Source of the DNA: Tubiluchus corallicola
Lineage: Eukaryota > Animalia > Priapulida
Length of the DNA stretch: 47,036 nucleotides
Direction: 5' to 3'
NCBI GenBank assembly: GCA_030141605.1
Contig: JAQGDQ010001328.1
Span: 1-47,036 of the forward strand
In this document: positions 1 to 12,415 of the stretch, in pieces
Layout of the letters: every line of letters starts with the position of its first letter
Position numbering within the stretch: position 1 is the stretch's first letter
Translations under genes and position numbers: made by a program
The notes under the pieces: generated by a model
What the model saw: the letters and a program-made list of their open reading frames with translations, nothing else
Databases searched by the model: none
Told to the model about the DNA's origin: nothing

Positions 1-163
1 CAAAGCCATTGTTCTGACGTCATCCATTATACTCTGCCTATAACTTTAATTCAGTAAAAGCTGCTGCTGGCTTTACATTATAAGTGAGGATTATACAGGG
101 TGTTCGCGTATTATTGATCATAAGTGTACTCGTACGCAAAATTTTTTGCGGGGCCTTTGCTAG
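1..163 (+). mobile_element. Non-autonomous Helitron 3' end
   Basis: Hairpin CGCAAAA-tt-TTTTGCG about 10 nt upstream of terminal CTAG (160-163), followed by T. Mirror copy of 1808-1970. Confidence 0.8.
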
Positions 164-279
164 TTATTATTATTTTATTATTAGTAGTATTATTATTATT
201 ATTATTATCCCACGGGATGCAAAAATAAAGCATTTAAATTTGCCAAAATTTAATTTGGAATCTACTAAAGTACATCATA

Positions 280-475
280 CCGGGTGGCGTAGCTCAATGG
301 TGGCATGCTCGCTTATCACCTTGGAGGTTGCGGGTTCAACTCTCGACCAAGTCAAACATAAGAGTTGAAAAACGGTACGGCTGGCTCTGCCAGCAAGCGC
401 TTCGAAGAAACATGCGGGTAATATAATACCGTTGACCACCTTGGAAATCAGTATTGGGTTGCAGAGGTGTTTTTC
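280..475 (+). mobile_element. tRNA-derived SINE
   Basis: Pol III A box (TAGCTCAATGG) and B box (GGTTCAACTC) followed by a non-tRNA body. A diverged relative lies at 46400-46582. 3' end approximate. Confidence 0.7.
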
Positions 476-671
476 CTGGACGTATAAAATAATAATTATT
501 ATATCTGAAACAAAATTTCAATCATTTTTGAATATTTGAGCTTGCATTTAATATAAACCCCCGATGGCGTCTATGTGTCCGATCCTCAAGTAACAAGTTT
601 TGGAAGCGAATCATTTTGTCAAATACAAGCCAACAGTTCAACAGACAGAACGCGACAACTCGTCAGACAAG

Positions 672-1116
672 CAGGCCCTATTTCAAGGGGGGGGGGGGCG
701 GGGAGTGGGGATACTTCCCCGGGGCCTCACCCTCCAGGGGGGCCTCGCGCCGAGGTAACTTTTTTCCTTTATGCGAACTTACTGCCTCTTCTCTCCCTCT
801 GTCTCTCTCTTGCCGCACGCGTGCCGATTGCCTTGTGCCGATGTTCAGCTGTTTTCAATTTCGGAATTTCTAACACCGGCTCGTACGGAAGTGAGAGTAC
901 GGCATTACATATTGCAAAGATGTTGTTTTGGATTTGACAAGTATTAAGGACTGGTCTTGAGAATAAAGCAGTTTTTCTTTCAATTGTTCTTTCCTTTAAC
1001 AACTGTATAACTGCATGTTTTCTCTTCGAAAATGCTTCTCCGGCGTTCTAGCAGTACAAAAATTTTCTTCACACGCCCCACTTCCCCGGGCCTCGCTTAG
1101 GCTGAAATAGGCCCTG
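672..1116. mobile_element. hAT-superfamily MITE (445 bp)
   Basis: 14-bp TIRs CAGGCCCTATTTCA / TGAAATAGGCCCTG (1 mismatch). Exact 8-bp TSD CAGACAAG at 664-671 and 1117-1124. Subterminal repeat CTTCCCCGGG(G)CCTC near both ends. Confidence 0.88.
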
Positions 1117-1335
1117 CAGACAAGTCAGCACAGCAGCTACTGTATCATTTGCATGGTCAATACAGGCATAGGCATCCCATAATGCTTTTCGGACAATCCT
1201 GCCGTGACGTCATTAGCCATACGCAGCCGAAATTCGGCGAGGGCAGATACAGTACTGCAAATGTTCAAATTGATGAGATGGAAGGCCTCATTAATAAGCC
1301 AACGTAATGGAAGGAAATCGTACTTTAGTTGAAAA

Positions 1336-1970
1336 TGTTGGCTTGTATTTGACAAAATGATTCGCTTCCAAAACTTGTTACTTGAGGATCGGACACATAG
1401 ACGCCATCGGGGGTTTATATTAAATGCAAGCTCAAATATTCAAAAATGATTGAAATTTTGTTTCAGATATAATAATTATTATTTTATACGTCCAGGAAAA
1501 ACACCTCTGCAACCCAATACTGATTTCCAAGGTGGTCAACGGTATTATATTACCCGCATGTTTCTTCGAAGCGCTTGCTGGCAGAGCCAGCCGTACCGTT
1601 TTTCAACTCTTATGTTTGACTTGGTCGAGAGTTGAACCCGCAACCTCCAAGGTGATAAGCGAGCATGCCACCATTGAGCTACGCCACCCGGTATGATGTA
1701 CTTTAGTAGATTCCAAATTAAATTTTGGCAAATTTAAATGCTTTATTTTTGCATCCCGTGGGATAATAATAATAATAATAATACTACTAATAATAAAATA
1801 ATAATAACTAGCAAAGGCCCCGCAAAAAATTTTGCGTACGAGTACACTTATGATCAATAATACGCGAACACCCTGTATAATCCTCACTTATAATGTAAAG
1901 CCAGCAGCAGCTTTTACTGAATTAAAGTTATAGGCAGAGTATAATGGATGACGTCAGAACAATGGCTTTG
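1336..1970. repeat. Right arm of long perfect inverted repeat (pairs with 1-635)
   Basis: Reverse complement of 1-635, from tgttggcttgtattt at 1336 to aatggctttg at 1970. Confidence 0.95.
1496..1691 (-). mobile_element. tRNA-derived SINE (mirror copy in right arm)
   Basis: Reverse complement of 280-475. Confidence 0.7.
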
Positions 1971-2340
1971 CGTCAGCAGTTTTCTAAGCGAAAATTGCCG
2001 AAAATAGAACACTATTTTCTCTCGCAAATTCTATAATACATCTATGACACCCTCCGCTGAACGGGCTATCTATCCATGGCCAGCACCGCCCCCGGCTCGT
2101 TCCATTACATTAGAAATAAGAGGTATAAATTTTGCGAAGGACGACCGAAAAATGGCCATTTTTGGAGGTTTTTCGCCCCCCCCCCCCGTTCGTCCCGGTG
2201 GGCCCGATTCGAAAAATAAACCCCCAATGGCACGACACTAGATGGAGACCTTTCTTTTGATGTATAGATCGCTGCAAATGGTGCCGTCGTCAGAGCTGTA
2301 GCCTCGAATCTTATATATACCAGCGAAATTAATATATAGA
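1808..2340 (-). mobile_element. Non-autonomous Helitron, tandem copy 1 (533 bp)
   Basis: Minus strand reads 5'-TCTATATATT...hairpin CGCAAAA/TTTTGCG...CTAG-3', followed by T. No TSD. Confidence 0.85.
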
Positions 2341-3100
2341 CTAGCAAAGGCCCCGCAAAAAATTTTGCGTATAAATACACTAATAATCAATAATGCGCGA
2401 ACATTCTACCTAGTGTTTGTTTGTTTATCTAACGCAAAGCCAGCAGCTGCAGCAGCTTTTACTGAATTAAAGTTGTAAGCAATAATGGGAACGTCAGAAC
2501 AATGGCTTTTCGTCAGCTGTTTTCCAAGCGAAAATTTGCCAAAAATAGAACATCTAATTAACTCGTCAGTACTCCTTTTGTTGGACGTGTCCTAAAATAT
2601 AGCCCACATCATCGCATAGCCCTGTTCTTCCTCTTTCTAAAGAGCTATATATCTCCTTCCTAGAGTCCCACCACGCGCTGCTAGAGCGTTTTATCCAGAT
2701 GCTGTTTGACCAGGTTTTCGAAAAAATCGCGAGTTGGGTCCGGGAAAACGCCCTTTACGGGACGCCGTGGCCCTCTCGCAAATTCTAAATATGCCTAAGA
2801 CACCCACCGCTGAACGGGCTATCTATCCATAGCCAGCACCACCCATGGCCCTTTTCCGTACTTCAGATCTCAGGCGTATAACTTTTGCAAAAAACGGCCG
2901 AAAAATGGCCATTTTTGGAGGTTTTTTGTCCCCGTTCGTCGCGGTGGGCCCGATTCGAAAAATAAACCCCCAATGGCACGACACTAGATGGAGACCTTTC
3001 GTTTGATGTATAGATCGCCGCAAATGGTGCCGTAGTCGAAGCTGTAGCCTCGAATCTTATATATATATATATATATATACCAGAAGAATTAATATATAGA
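2341..3100 (-). mobile_element. Non-autonomous Helitron, tandem copy 2 (760 bp)
   Basis: Same termini as copy 1 with a diverged interior and an extra segment of about 220 bp (~2555-2772). Joined to both neighbours by aatatataga|ctagcaaagg. Confidence 0.85.
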
Positions 3101-3771
3101 CTAGCAAAGGCCCCGCAAAAATTTTATTCTGAAAAGGTAAGATATCTTCGTTTAAAATTAACAATTAACAAAAACGATCCTTGTACGTCTGTACGATTTT
3201 CAAATTACATAGAACTGAAGAGTCCAGGTAATATACCTTTCTGTTAAATTACAGTTCGCTTACCTTTAGAAAAGGCATTGTAATGACAGATTAGTGAAAT
3301 AACGTCTTGACAGTCATCACAAAAGTAAATAATTCTAAACTCTTGTTAGCTTTTCCCCCAGGTGAATTCGAGCAAGTTCTTTGTTATTGCAAAAATTAGC
3401 TTTGCGGAACACTCACCCACCTGAGCCTTATTTGCGAAAGTAATGACAATCATCACAAAGGTAAACAGTTCTTTGGACGGATTAGCTTTTCCCACGCTGT
3501 GAGCGCTCGCAAACCTTTTGTCATTTAGAAAATTAGGTATGCTGAATATTCAACCAGCTAGAAAAAACAAACCCTCTTTGCCGCTAAGCTTTGCAGGTAT
3601 TAGCTCTTCCCTGGGGGGCGGGTGGTGCTATCAGACTTTCTCTCCTTTCAGAAATTAGCTTTGCAAAATATGTGCTCGACTGGAAAAAGAAAAAAGGGCT
3701 CTCTGCCATTAATAGCTTGGAGGCTAAGTGTATCTTTCAAGTATCATGTAATATCGTCTTCATGATATAGA

Positions 3772-3823
<52 letters not shown>

Positions 3824-4680
3824 CGGCAAGATGCATTAAAATGGAATTGGCACATTGCATACTCCTAGCTAATAAAATTTAAAGTCGCGAAACGAACAAG
3901 TTTGTCAAAATTTTCAGCAATTTTTATTCGTAAAAGAAAATCTTCAGGTAAAATAGAAATGGCCTATGTGAACTTGACGTTCAAATAATCCAGGGAAGAG
4001 TCCCTGTAAAGCAGTTTTTGTCTGTTCCCAGGGTCGCATACCTTTCACTTCCCAGGCGCTAAAAGAGAACAAAAACGATGGATTAGTATCACAGCCTCCG
4101 GAGCTTATTTTCGAAAGAAAAGACAGTCATCTCAAAGGTAAACAGTTCTAAGCTTTTCCCTGGGGGTGAGTGCTCGCAAAGCTTTTGTCATTTAAAAACT
4201 ACCTTGGCAAAATATTTTCTCAGCTAGAACACAATAAGCGCTCTGTGCATCTAATTGTCTTCCCAGGGGGTGAGTGCTCTGGTACTTTCTTTTCTTTAGA
4301 AAATTTCCATTGCAAAATGTTTACTCAGTAGAAAAATGCACTCTCGTCGGTTAATACCTTCGACAATTATTTGCTCTTCCCAACGGCAGAGTCTTCGCAA
4401 ACTTTCTCTCCTTAGCAAAATGTTTACTCAGTAGAAAAATGCGCTCTCGCCTGCTAATAGCTTCGACAATTATTTGCTCTTCTCACGCGCAGAGTGTTCT
4501 CAAACTTTCTCTCCTTTGCAAAATATTTGCTCGGCCAGGAACAGAAAATAGGCGCTCTCTACTGCTAATAGTTTGGAGGATAAGTGCATTTTTCAAGTTA
4601 CAGAATCCGAACAGTGAGAGCAATCTTTGTCTTCATCCTCAAATGTCATTAGCCTAACCCTGTATTCAAGGACACTGGAC
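3101..4680 (-). mobile_element. Helitron-family copy 3 with diverged ~100-bp internal tandem repeats (5' end not defined)
   Basis: Begins CTAGCAAAGGCCCCGCAAAAATTTT on the plus strand. Interior repeats (ttagc..ttcccagg..gagtgctcgcaaa..aaattagctttgcaaaatat) match 43580-44230 in reverse. Confidence 0.6.
3775..3818. repeat. (AT)n microsatellite
   Basis: Direct observation. Confidence 0.95.
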
Positions 4681-4681
4681 T

Positions 4682-4689
<8 letters not shown>

Positions 4690-4757
<68 letters not shown>
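4690..4757. repeat. (CT)n microsatellite
   Basis: Direct observation. Confidence 0.95.
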
Positions 4758-4760
<3 letters not shown>

Positions 4761-5049
4761 ATTATTAAAAACTGGTAATTAATGTTTTCCGCGAGTATGC
4801 CAAACAACAGATCAGTAACTGAAATTGGTCAGCATCAAAGTTTTGTGGATAAATAAGCGGGTTTTTGCGTCGAGGTACGAAGAAAGACGAAAGAGCGCGA
4901 TGCATTTAACTGCTTTGCGCTTAAGTAACGCTAATGCATTCGTTAAATGTCGAATTTTCGTCCAGGTGAGAAAACCAGGTTAATGGTTTGAATTAGTAGT
5001 AATTGGTATGAATTGTTCAGTTGTCATATAATAAACTCTACTCCTGGTG

Positions 5050-5900
5050 ATGCAAATGTTAGCAAATTTTGAGATGTAATTTAAACAAAACAAAAACTAT
5101 TGATTTTGAAAATGTCAAAATTCCAACTTGCCAAAGTTACACTTTTTTTTGTAATAAAGAGATAAATTATGTTAATACCAGGAAAGTGCTTGGAATTACT
5201 ATTGATAAAGGCATGAATTTTAATAGCCATACTTATAGAGCAAGATAAAGTGCTTGAATAAATCGGTTAAGCTTAGGAGTGTAATCTGTAAAAATGAGGT
5301 TTTAAGAATGGCAACTATTATTAGATTATTCAAATCTGTTGTGATGCCAGTGATTTCGATCATTTGCGGTATGACGGGGGTGGGGTACAGTCCCAGGAAA
5401 TGTGATATTGAATGTATTTGTGCAGGCCTTTACTAAACGAAGTTTTTTGTATAGTCAGTAAACTTATATTAAAAACACAAAGGAGTCCTGGTGAGCACTT
5501 ACCTAAGCAAGAAATATTAACTTGTGAAGCATTTCCTTTAAATTGTCGAATAAATAATCATCTTGTAAAAAATTGCTTGACCAGGAGAAAAACTTTCGTA
5601 AAAATATTTAAAAGATTTAATATGAGATAATATGAGAAATGGCAGTCTCGCTGAATATATTAATCTACTTTGTACCAGACAAGAATGTGTTAAATTTCAA
5701 AATTCTTAGTGGAGGTGTAGAATTCAACACAGGAAATAGATGACGTGGCCACAGTTATTACAACCCCAGAACTAAATACACTAAGTTTACCATTAAATAA
5801 TAAGCAAAGACGCGAAGAAACCAAAGCAATAAACTTGCTATTGAAAAGAGGAACGCTATCTTTTTATGCAACTTTAGGGAAGCATCCACCAAAGAATGCG
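5050..5900 (+). mobile_element. Highly degraded LINE ORF2 3' remnant
   Basis: VLGITIDKGMNFNSH at ~5185 matches the post-RT LGxxIDxxLxFxxHI motif. Many stops; bounds approximate. Confidence 0.5.
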
Positions 5901-6032
5901 CATGCCATAGTAGGGTAGCACATACTTCTGACCATTTACTCTTAGTTGGCTTTTAGTAGGCCAAGAAGTCAGAAAAAATCTTATCAAAGTTCTATACTAC
6001 CGGAAAAAAGACAGATTTGATGTAATGCATTA

Positions 6033-6196
6033 GTTTGTGGTAATTTTATACGTGTTGTAAATGATATTGTTGTTGTTTTCACGTAGATTTTATTTCTTTG
6101 AATTACCTACCTATCGTTTGTGGTAATTTTATACGTGGTGTAAATGTTGTTGTTGTTGTTTTTACGTAGATTTTATTTCTTTGAATTACGTATCGA
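6033..6196. repeat. 83-bp tandem duplication
   Basis: gtttgtggtaattttatacgtg...ttctttgaattac starts at 6033 and again at 6116. Confidence 0.85.
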
Positions 6197-6794
6197 TTGT
6201 GTGAAAAACAGTAAGATAAGCGTCCATATTCTATTATAAATAAAGAATAGCAGTTGGCTTAACAAAAATATTGGCAAAAATTTCTGAACCTGGTTGCTAT
6301 TAGGTATTATTTATAAAGTTAGCATGTAGATATGAGGGTTGTATCTTGTGTAATTACTGTATCACATTGTATCTTCTAACAGCGTCTGCTTATAGCTTGT
6401 CAACTTGTCAGCTTGTCAACTTAATTTCATTTTTCCTAGACCTTACTAAACTAGTTTATATTTTATTTTTGAATTTCTAGTTGCACTTATAGTTTAGCTT
6501 GCCCCAAACGCATTTGACCAGAACAGTGTATGTTTTTTATATGAACTAACACTGTCTGTCTTTTAATGTGATGGTCAATGTTTTTAAAATCGCAAATAAA
6601 GATTTTACTACTACTACTACTACTACGTGTACTTAGCCTTGTTGACAATTAGTCATAATGTCCTTTTTATTGTGTTTTGTTTTTGGATCGTGTTGAATTT
6701 AATGTTACCTGTGTCATAAGTAATTGTCATTCTTGCGAATGTATAAGATTGAAATGAATTCTTGTACACCTCCAAGAATAGATTAATAAAACAG

Positions 6795-7008
<214 letters not shown>

Positions 7009-7611
7009 CTCTCTCACTCTCTCCTTCTTGTGTCCTCTCTCTATTGTCAATAATTTTATCAATTGATTACTTGTAATTACAGTTAATTGTGCAGTGGATT
7101 TTTTTCATGTTTTACTCTTTTCTTTTATAGAACTTGCAGGTTGATTGGTTTACAAGGTTCAGATAGAGTAATTTACGCCTTCATATCTTACATTGATAGG
7201 ATATTGTTGAGATATTGCTCACTGTCTTATGAGTGTATCGTTGTGGACTGATGCTCGTACCGCAGTCCTGTATGTTGCTTAACAACTGTAAAGTTGCACA
7301 AGAAGACAATTCAGCGATTTGGATGGTCGTTTACAGAAGTTATTTACACTTTTGTGGCATCCCTATACAGAATTGATTAAAACGAGCTGTTGTGATAAGA
7401 TATTTTTCATTAATGTTTTTCAAGCCATTTACTTAGTTTTTAATCTGTTAGTCGTATTTGCAGCTGATTGTTTTCACTTTTGTACTTTTTAATTTACATA
7501 GAATAAAATAAAGAATAAAATAGAAAATATTTGCTGGGCTAGAAAAAGAAAACAAGCGCTCTCTCTTCATCCTTAAATGTGATTAACCCATCCTGTTGTC
7601 AAGGACACTGG

Positions 7612-7812
<201 letters not shown>

Positions 7813-8863
7813 TTTCTCTTCCCCACTCTCTCTTGATGTCACATATAATTATATCTGTGCTGATAACGTAGCAGAAGTCGTAGGTCTATAACACCTATTT
7901 TGAACAGTGCGATACTGAAAGAGTTAATCTAATCTGTTTGCTGCAAATAAACGGGTTTCCCCCGCAGATCATGGTGACAGTCTCCCGAACGTTGGAATAA
8001 ATGGACGAGGTTACGTAAAGTGGTGAAACGGCAACAGGAAAAGTCCGAAAACGTTGGAGTAAAGGTGAAAATCAAAGAGGGAAAGTTGTATACTGGAGAA
8101 TGCGTGGTGGACGCGTGTCAGTCTAGCAGGCTTTTACTGCCTTTTTCAGAGTCACAGAATTGGAACCCGAAATGTTATCAATTTGTTATTGAAATATTGG
8201 AAAGGACAAACATTAGAGAAATTGGAGTGGTATTTGTTTATATGTACAGCACGCATTAGCCTAGAACTACAAATATATAGTATTAGAAATGGATGAATCA
8301 TAGATCTGCATAGAATTTTTCTGTTATCCGAATTTCGTTTGTTTGTTTTTTATGTACGCCTTTAATAGATTCGTGTTATTATGACGACAGCTTGTTTGCT
8401 AATGTATATAGAAATTTCACAGTCATGTAATTTGATAAATGAAAAACAAAAATACGTACAGTTAATACTAATAAACGAATTGGAGAAATCACTAACACGC
8501 TCAATAATCGTTCCCATATATGTGTGGTGGAACAACTTAAGGGTGATATTCCAACAATAAAATACTGAATTAATTTTACTTAGGCGTACGTTTATTGAAT
8601 TAAGCATTCGTGTAACACACTGTACGATAATTGTGATAAAACAAGTCCAATCTAAGTGATTAATGAGATTCCCTTTCAATACTTTTTTGTGCAAATGCTT
8701 AACCAGAACTTAAATTTTTCTTTGTAATACGCGTGTAAGCAATTTCCTAAACATCTGTAAGTTTCTTGAATTTAACCTGTCTCACAGCGCTGCGTAGTAA
8801 AGATAAGTACATGTTGAGTGCGCCGTATAATGCGCTTTATCCGGGGTATTCTGAGAATAATTT

Positions 8864-8958
8864 TTGTTGTTGCTGTTGTTGTTGTTGTTGTTGTTGTTGC
8901 TGTTGTTGTTGTTGTTTTTGCTGCTGTTGTTGTTGTTGTTGTTGTTGCTGCTGTTGTT
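8864..8958. repeat. (TTG/CTG)n microsatellite
   Basis: Direct observation. Confidence 0.95.
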
Positions 8959-10199
8959 AATACGTCTAATTAAATTTTTAGCTCGCACGAAATTTTTATT
9001 AAGTATTTTTTTAATATTTTCCCAGTGGAAGTGGCAAAGAATCTTGATAAATATTAATTATGCAGACAAAATAGTTTGTAATGATTCACACTTGAACAAG
9101 CAGAATATAACCCCTTGATTTAGCAGACATAAATAGTTTGTCAGTGTAGTCGATTTTCGCGCATAACTTCATATTAATGCTGACGCTTTTTTCACAATCA
9201 GCATTAATCAGCAGACCCTTGATATTGTTTTGCAGTTAATTTTTTATAATGAAGTAAAGTGTGAAGTATTTCAACTTAAAATTGCTAACCAGTTACTCCC
9301 TTATAGACCAACGCAGTTTGTTTCCAAATGATTTATTATTTAGGGCTCTTTTCTGAAAAATGTGCACTGCAATTAATCTAATATGTTCTCCTGTCATCAT
9401 ATTATTTCTGTTAGCTGCTGTAGGTCAGTTCAAAATCATAATCGCTTATTTATTACAGTACTACCTTCAAGGTAGAGTAATGACCTGTAGAGTAATGTCA
9501 CCTAACAAGTCGGGTCGGGAAGCCACGTGATTTGCTGTCCGCCATGATTGAGCTAGCTGTAACGGTAGTCCCAACGAACCCATTAACGAAGAGATAGAAC
9601 AGAAAAGATTACAGTTTAAGCGTGGTTGGTATTTGGTAAAAATAAACATACTATTATAAAGGAAAAACAAGAAATTAAGAAAAGCATTATAAAATAAACA
9701 CAACACATTGCAATACATCCACACTAAAATTAGCATATTAAATACTATAAAACAAGGCATACTATTACTAAAAATGAAAATTTAGGAAAAGTATTTGTAA
9801 AATGAATAAAACAAAAATAATACATACACGCTAAAATACAAGCACATTAAATTTTAAAAACAAAAAAATGCTATTATTAAAATGTGAAGTTAAGAATTAT
9901 AGAACAAACAAAATACTGCAATGCTTCCATAGTAAAATTATTCACAGTAATAAAATTTAAGTACAAGATGCAGCTAAAATCATGTGCAATTACACAAATT
10001 TCATAGTTTGAAAAGTTGTTGAAATAAATATGACAGTACAAATTATACATTAAAATTTAGCAGTACATGTGTAATAAGGTATTATATATTACGCTAAAAC
10101 ACACTACCCATACGCGCATATATTGTAAACACAATAAGGCACAAATGCACAATAAGTATAAGCTGCTTATTAAAATAAATTAAGGCAAAAGTTCTCTCC

Positions 10200-11370
10200 G
10201 TAGGGCCCTTGAAATCTAAACCTCTATCTATTTTATTATACAGTAATGAACCACTATTCAGCAATGTTGCTTTGCCATATGTTTAGTCAAACACAACTGC
10301 CCTCCAGTCGCTAGCCTTCTGTTTTGCAACGAATGTTTTTTTTTCTAAATTTTTCTTTCAGCTTCACGGGCATTTTGCAATCAGTAACTGCTTGATGGAC
10401 TAGCAGTATTTTACGGTAGTCAACATCTTTATCAACAGGGATGATTTAAGCATCTTTCATAGGTTCTGCTGATGTGGATCCTGTTATAAATTTTGCCGTG
10501 CGTTTTTGCAAACTAATTATGTTTTTTTTTAAATTATTTTTATTTCTGTAATTTCCCCAGACCCTCGAACAGTATGTGAGGTGCGTAGAGTATTTTTGCC
10601 ATTGATGTAAAAGCACGCTTTTTTCAATATCCAAACCTTTTGAGCTACAAAACCTCTACGTTTAGTCATTTGGCGCTGCCAGGTACGATGGTTATCAATT
10701 AAGAGACCTAATACATTTTCTGTGCGAACTTGCTCTTGCATAGTGCCATTTACTTTTATTTCATGATCTAGTGAATTGGCTGCACGGGCTCGTTTTTGGG
10801 CACTACACACTATCATTGTTTAGCTTTTACTACATAAAGGTTCATTTTGCTTAGCTAACATACATTGATTAATATTGTTCACATCGTTTTGTAGGTTAGT
10901 TTTGATTTCAACAATATTTTTGCAATTAACGTATACTGTGCTATCGTCAGCATACATTTCCAGTGAACAATATTGCACCTTTTGAGGCAAATCGTTGATA
11001 CAAGACGGGTTCTAATATGGAGCCCTGGGGTACACCAGATATAGCAAATTTCGTACCTGACTTAGCCCCATAAAACTGAACAACATGCTGTCTATTATTT
11101 ACGTAAGATAAAAACCATTCTAATGCTGTGCCTCTGATGCCGTACCATTGAACTTGTCCAATAATATTTTGTAATCTAGAAGAAATGTCATTGTTCATCC
11201 ACTTTGCAGCGTCATGCTTTATTCTTTGTGTTTTAGAAGATTTTCACTTTCAATTTTAGACATATTTTCATCCAATCTTCCTAGAAATTCGTTGCTGTCA
11301 GGTGGCTTGTAGAAACCTCCAATCAGGATCGGCCTGTTTTTCTCGTGATTTGGTATTTCGCACCACGCAT
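10200..11370 (-). mobile_element. Degraded L2/CR1-like LINE (APE fragment plus RT 3' half)
   Basis: WCEI...ILIGGFYKPP (APE, ~11250-11370); YGIRGTALEWFLSYVNNRQHVV...SGVPQGSILEP (RT); VLGLLIDNHRTW; YCSRVWG. Confidence 0.85.
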
Positions 11371-11395
11371 TTGTAAAGCAGTTGAGTTGGTTGTT

Positions 11396-12415
11396 TCAAA
11401 GTTTACACTCATAGCCAAATATGTCAAAATCCAGACGAAAGTGCTGACAAACTTTTCTGGCGTCATTTTTTAAAATATCACGAAAGAAAATCCTATAAGA
11501 TGAAGAGTTTTCAGAAGAGTTTTGTGAAATTTCGTGGTATTGTTGTCTATGAAGATTTCTAGCAGATTCATATTTTTCTGGCCATTGAATGATCTTGCTT
11601 ACATTCAGAGTCTTGAGAACGTGATTTGCATCTTCCTTAATTGTTTCATATCTACCTATAAAGTTATAATTTATGGCACATGGGTTGCATAATGTATAGT
11701 AAGTGTCCCAATGTTCGTTAATATTTCTCTTGTCAAATCCACCAACTGGTACATGAGAAGTGGGGTCCAACACATAACGTACAAATTCGTCAAACTCTTG
11801 CATGTCTACTCGACGCATTTGTTGTCTTTCAATCCTATCATGGTACACTTTACTAACATTTAGATAGTTTTTTACCCTCTTATCCCACAATGGTCGTTTA
11901 ACTTTATCCACATAAGCTGACACCAGTCTGTCTAAAGGATGTCGCACGAACAAGAACTTATAATAATTGTTCAGACGAAACCTGCGCCCATCTTCATCAA
12001 ACTTGCTGAGATTATTCATCATTTGAAGGTCATGAATCTTCCCCACTGGCATTTTGGATACGTCCCTTTTTCTATTTTGGCTGTTTAGTTGCAACTCAGT
12101 CAATAATGTTTTCCATGTGGTCGTAGCAATTTTTGGAATATAGCAGTATAAAAACTTATACTGGTCGTTAGCTATTATAAACTTTAAGTTGATTTCAGTG
12201 ACGGTAGAGCTACCTAACGCCCGACAAACACGTTGTGCATTTTCTACTCTTCTTTTATAGACGTTTGGTACGTTTGTAGGCCTATACACTGGTTTACTAG
12301 TGTATTCCCTAGGTCTTGCGCTGTATTTATTTTTGCCATACATTATAGTTATCACTAAACAAATTCCGTAAAAAAAGATGATAATCTGTCGCAAATGTGT
12401 TTTACTGAAAACCAT
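11396..12415 (-). CDS. Carbohydrate sulfotransferase, Sulfotransfer_2 family (CHST11/CHST8-14/HNK-1ST-like), type II Golgi membrane protein, ~339 aa, single coding exon
   Basis: N-terminal TM segment (IIIFFYGICLVITIMY); 5'-PSB motif CYIPKIATTTWK; 3'-PB motif FLFVRHPLDRLVSAY; HW...LCNPC.INY.FIG.YET; terminal DFDIFGY. First ATG at 12415, with an acceptor-like ttgttgaatcag just upstream. Confidence 0.93.
   Translation of the reverse strand: MVFSKTHLRQIIIFFYGICLVITIMYGKNKYSARPREYTSKPVYRPTNVPNVYKRRVENAQRVCRALGSSTVTEINLKFIIANDQYKFLYCYIPKIATTTWKTLLTELQLNSQNRKRDVSKMPVGKIHDLQMMNNLSKFDEDGRRFRLNNYYKFLFVRHPLDRLVSAYVDKVKRPLWDKRVKNYLNVSKVYHDRIERQQMRRVDMQEFDEFVRYVLDPTSHVPVGGFDKRNINEHWDTYYTLCNPCAINYNFIGRYETIKEDANHVLKTLNVSKIIQWPEKYESARNLHRQQYHEISQNSSENSSSYRIFFRDILKNDARKVCQHFRLDFDIFGYECKL

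Larger units (their letters stand above)
1..635. repeat. Left arm of long perfect inverted repeat (pairs with 1336-1970)
   Basis: Position x is complementary to 1971-x. ORFs 84..368(+)/1603..1887(-) and 336..521(-)/1450..1635(+) are identical. No mismatch seen by eye. The arm runs to the window edge. Confidence 0.95.

Noticed and set aside
280-352. Functional tRNA gene
   Set aside because: A and B boxes are present but no convincing acceptor stem, and homology to 46400-46582 extends beyond the tRNA-like part, as expected for a SINE.
84-1887. Identical ORF pairs (94 aa and 61 aa) as duplicated genes
   Set aside because: They are by-products of the inverted repeat, cross Helitron, microsatellite and SINE sequence, and lack ATG starts.
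3300-4620. CRISPR-like array
   Set aside because: Units are diverged along their whole length with no unique spacers; eukaryotic context and no cas genes.
8362-8694. 110-aa ORF as a gene or LINE piece
   Set aside because: No motif could be confidently recognised.
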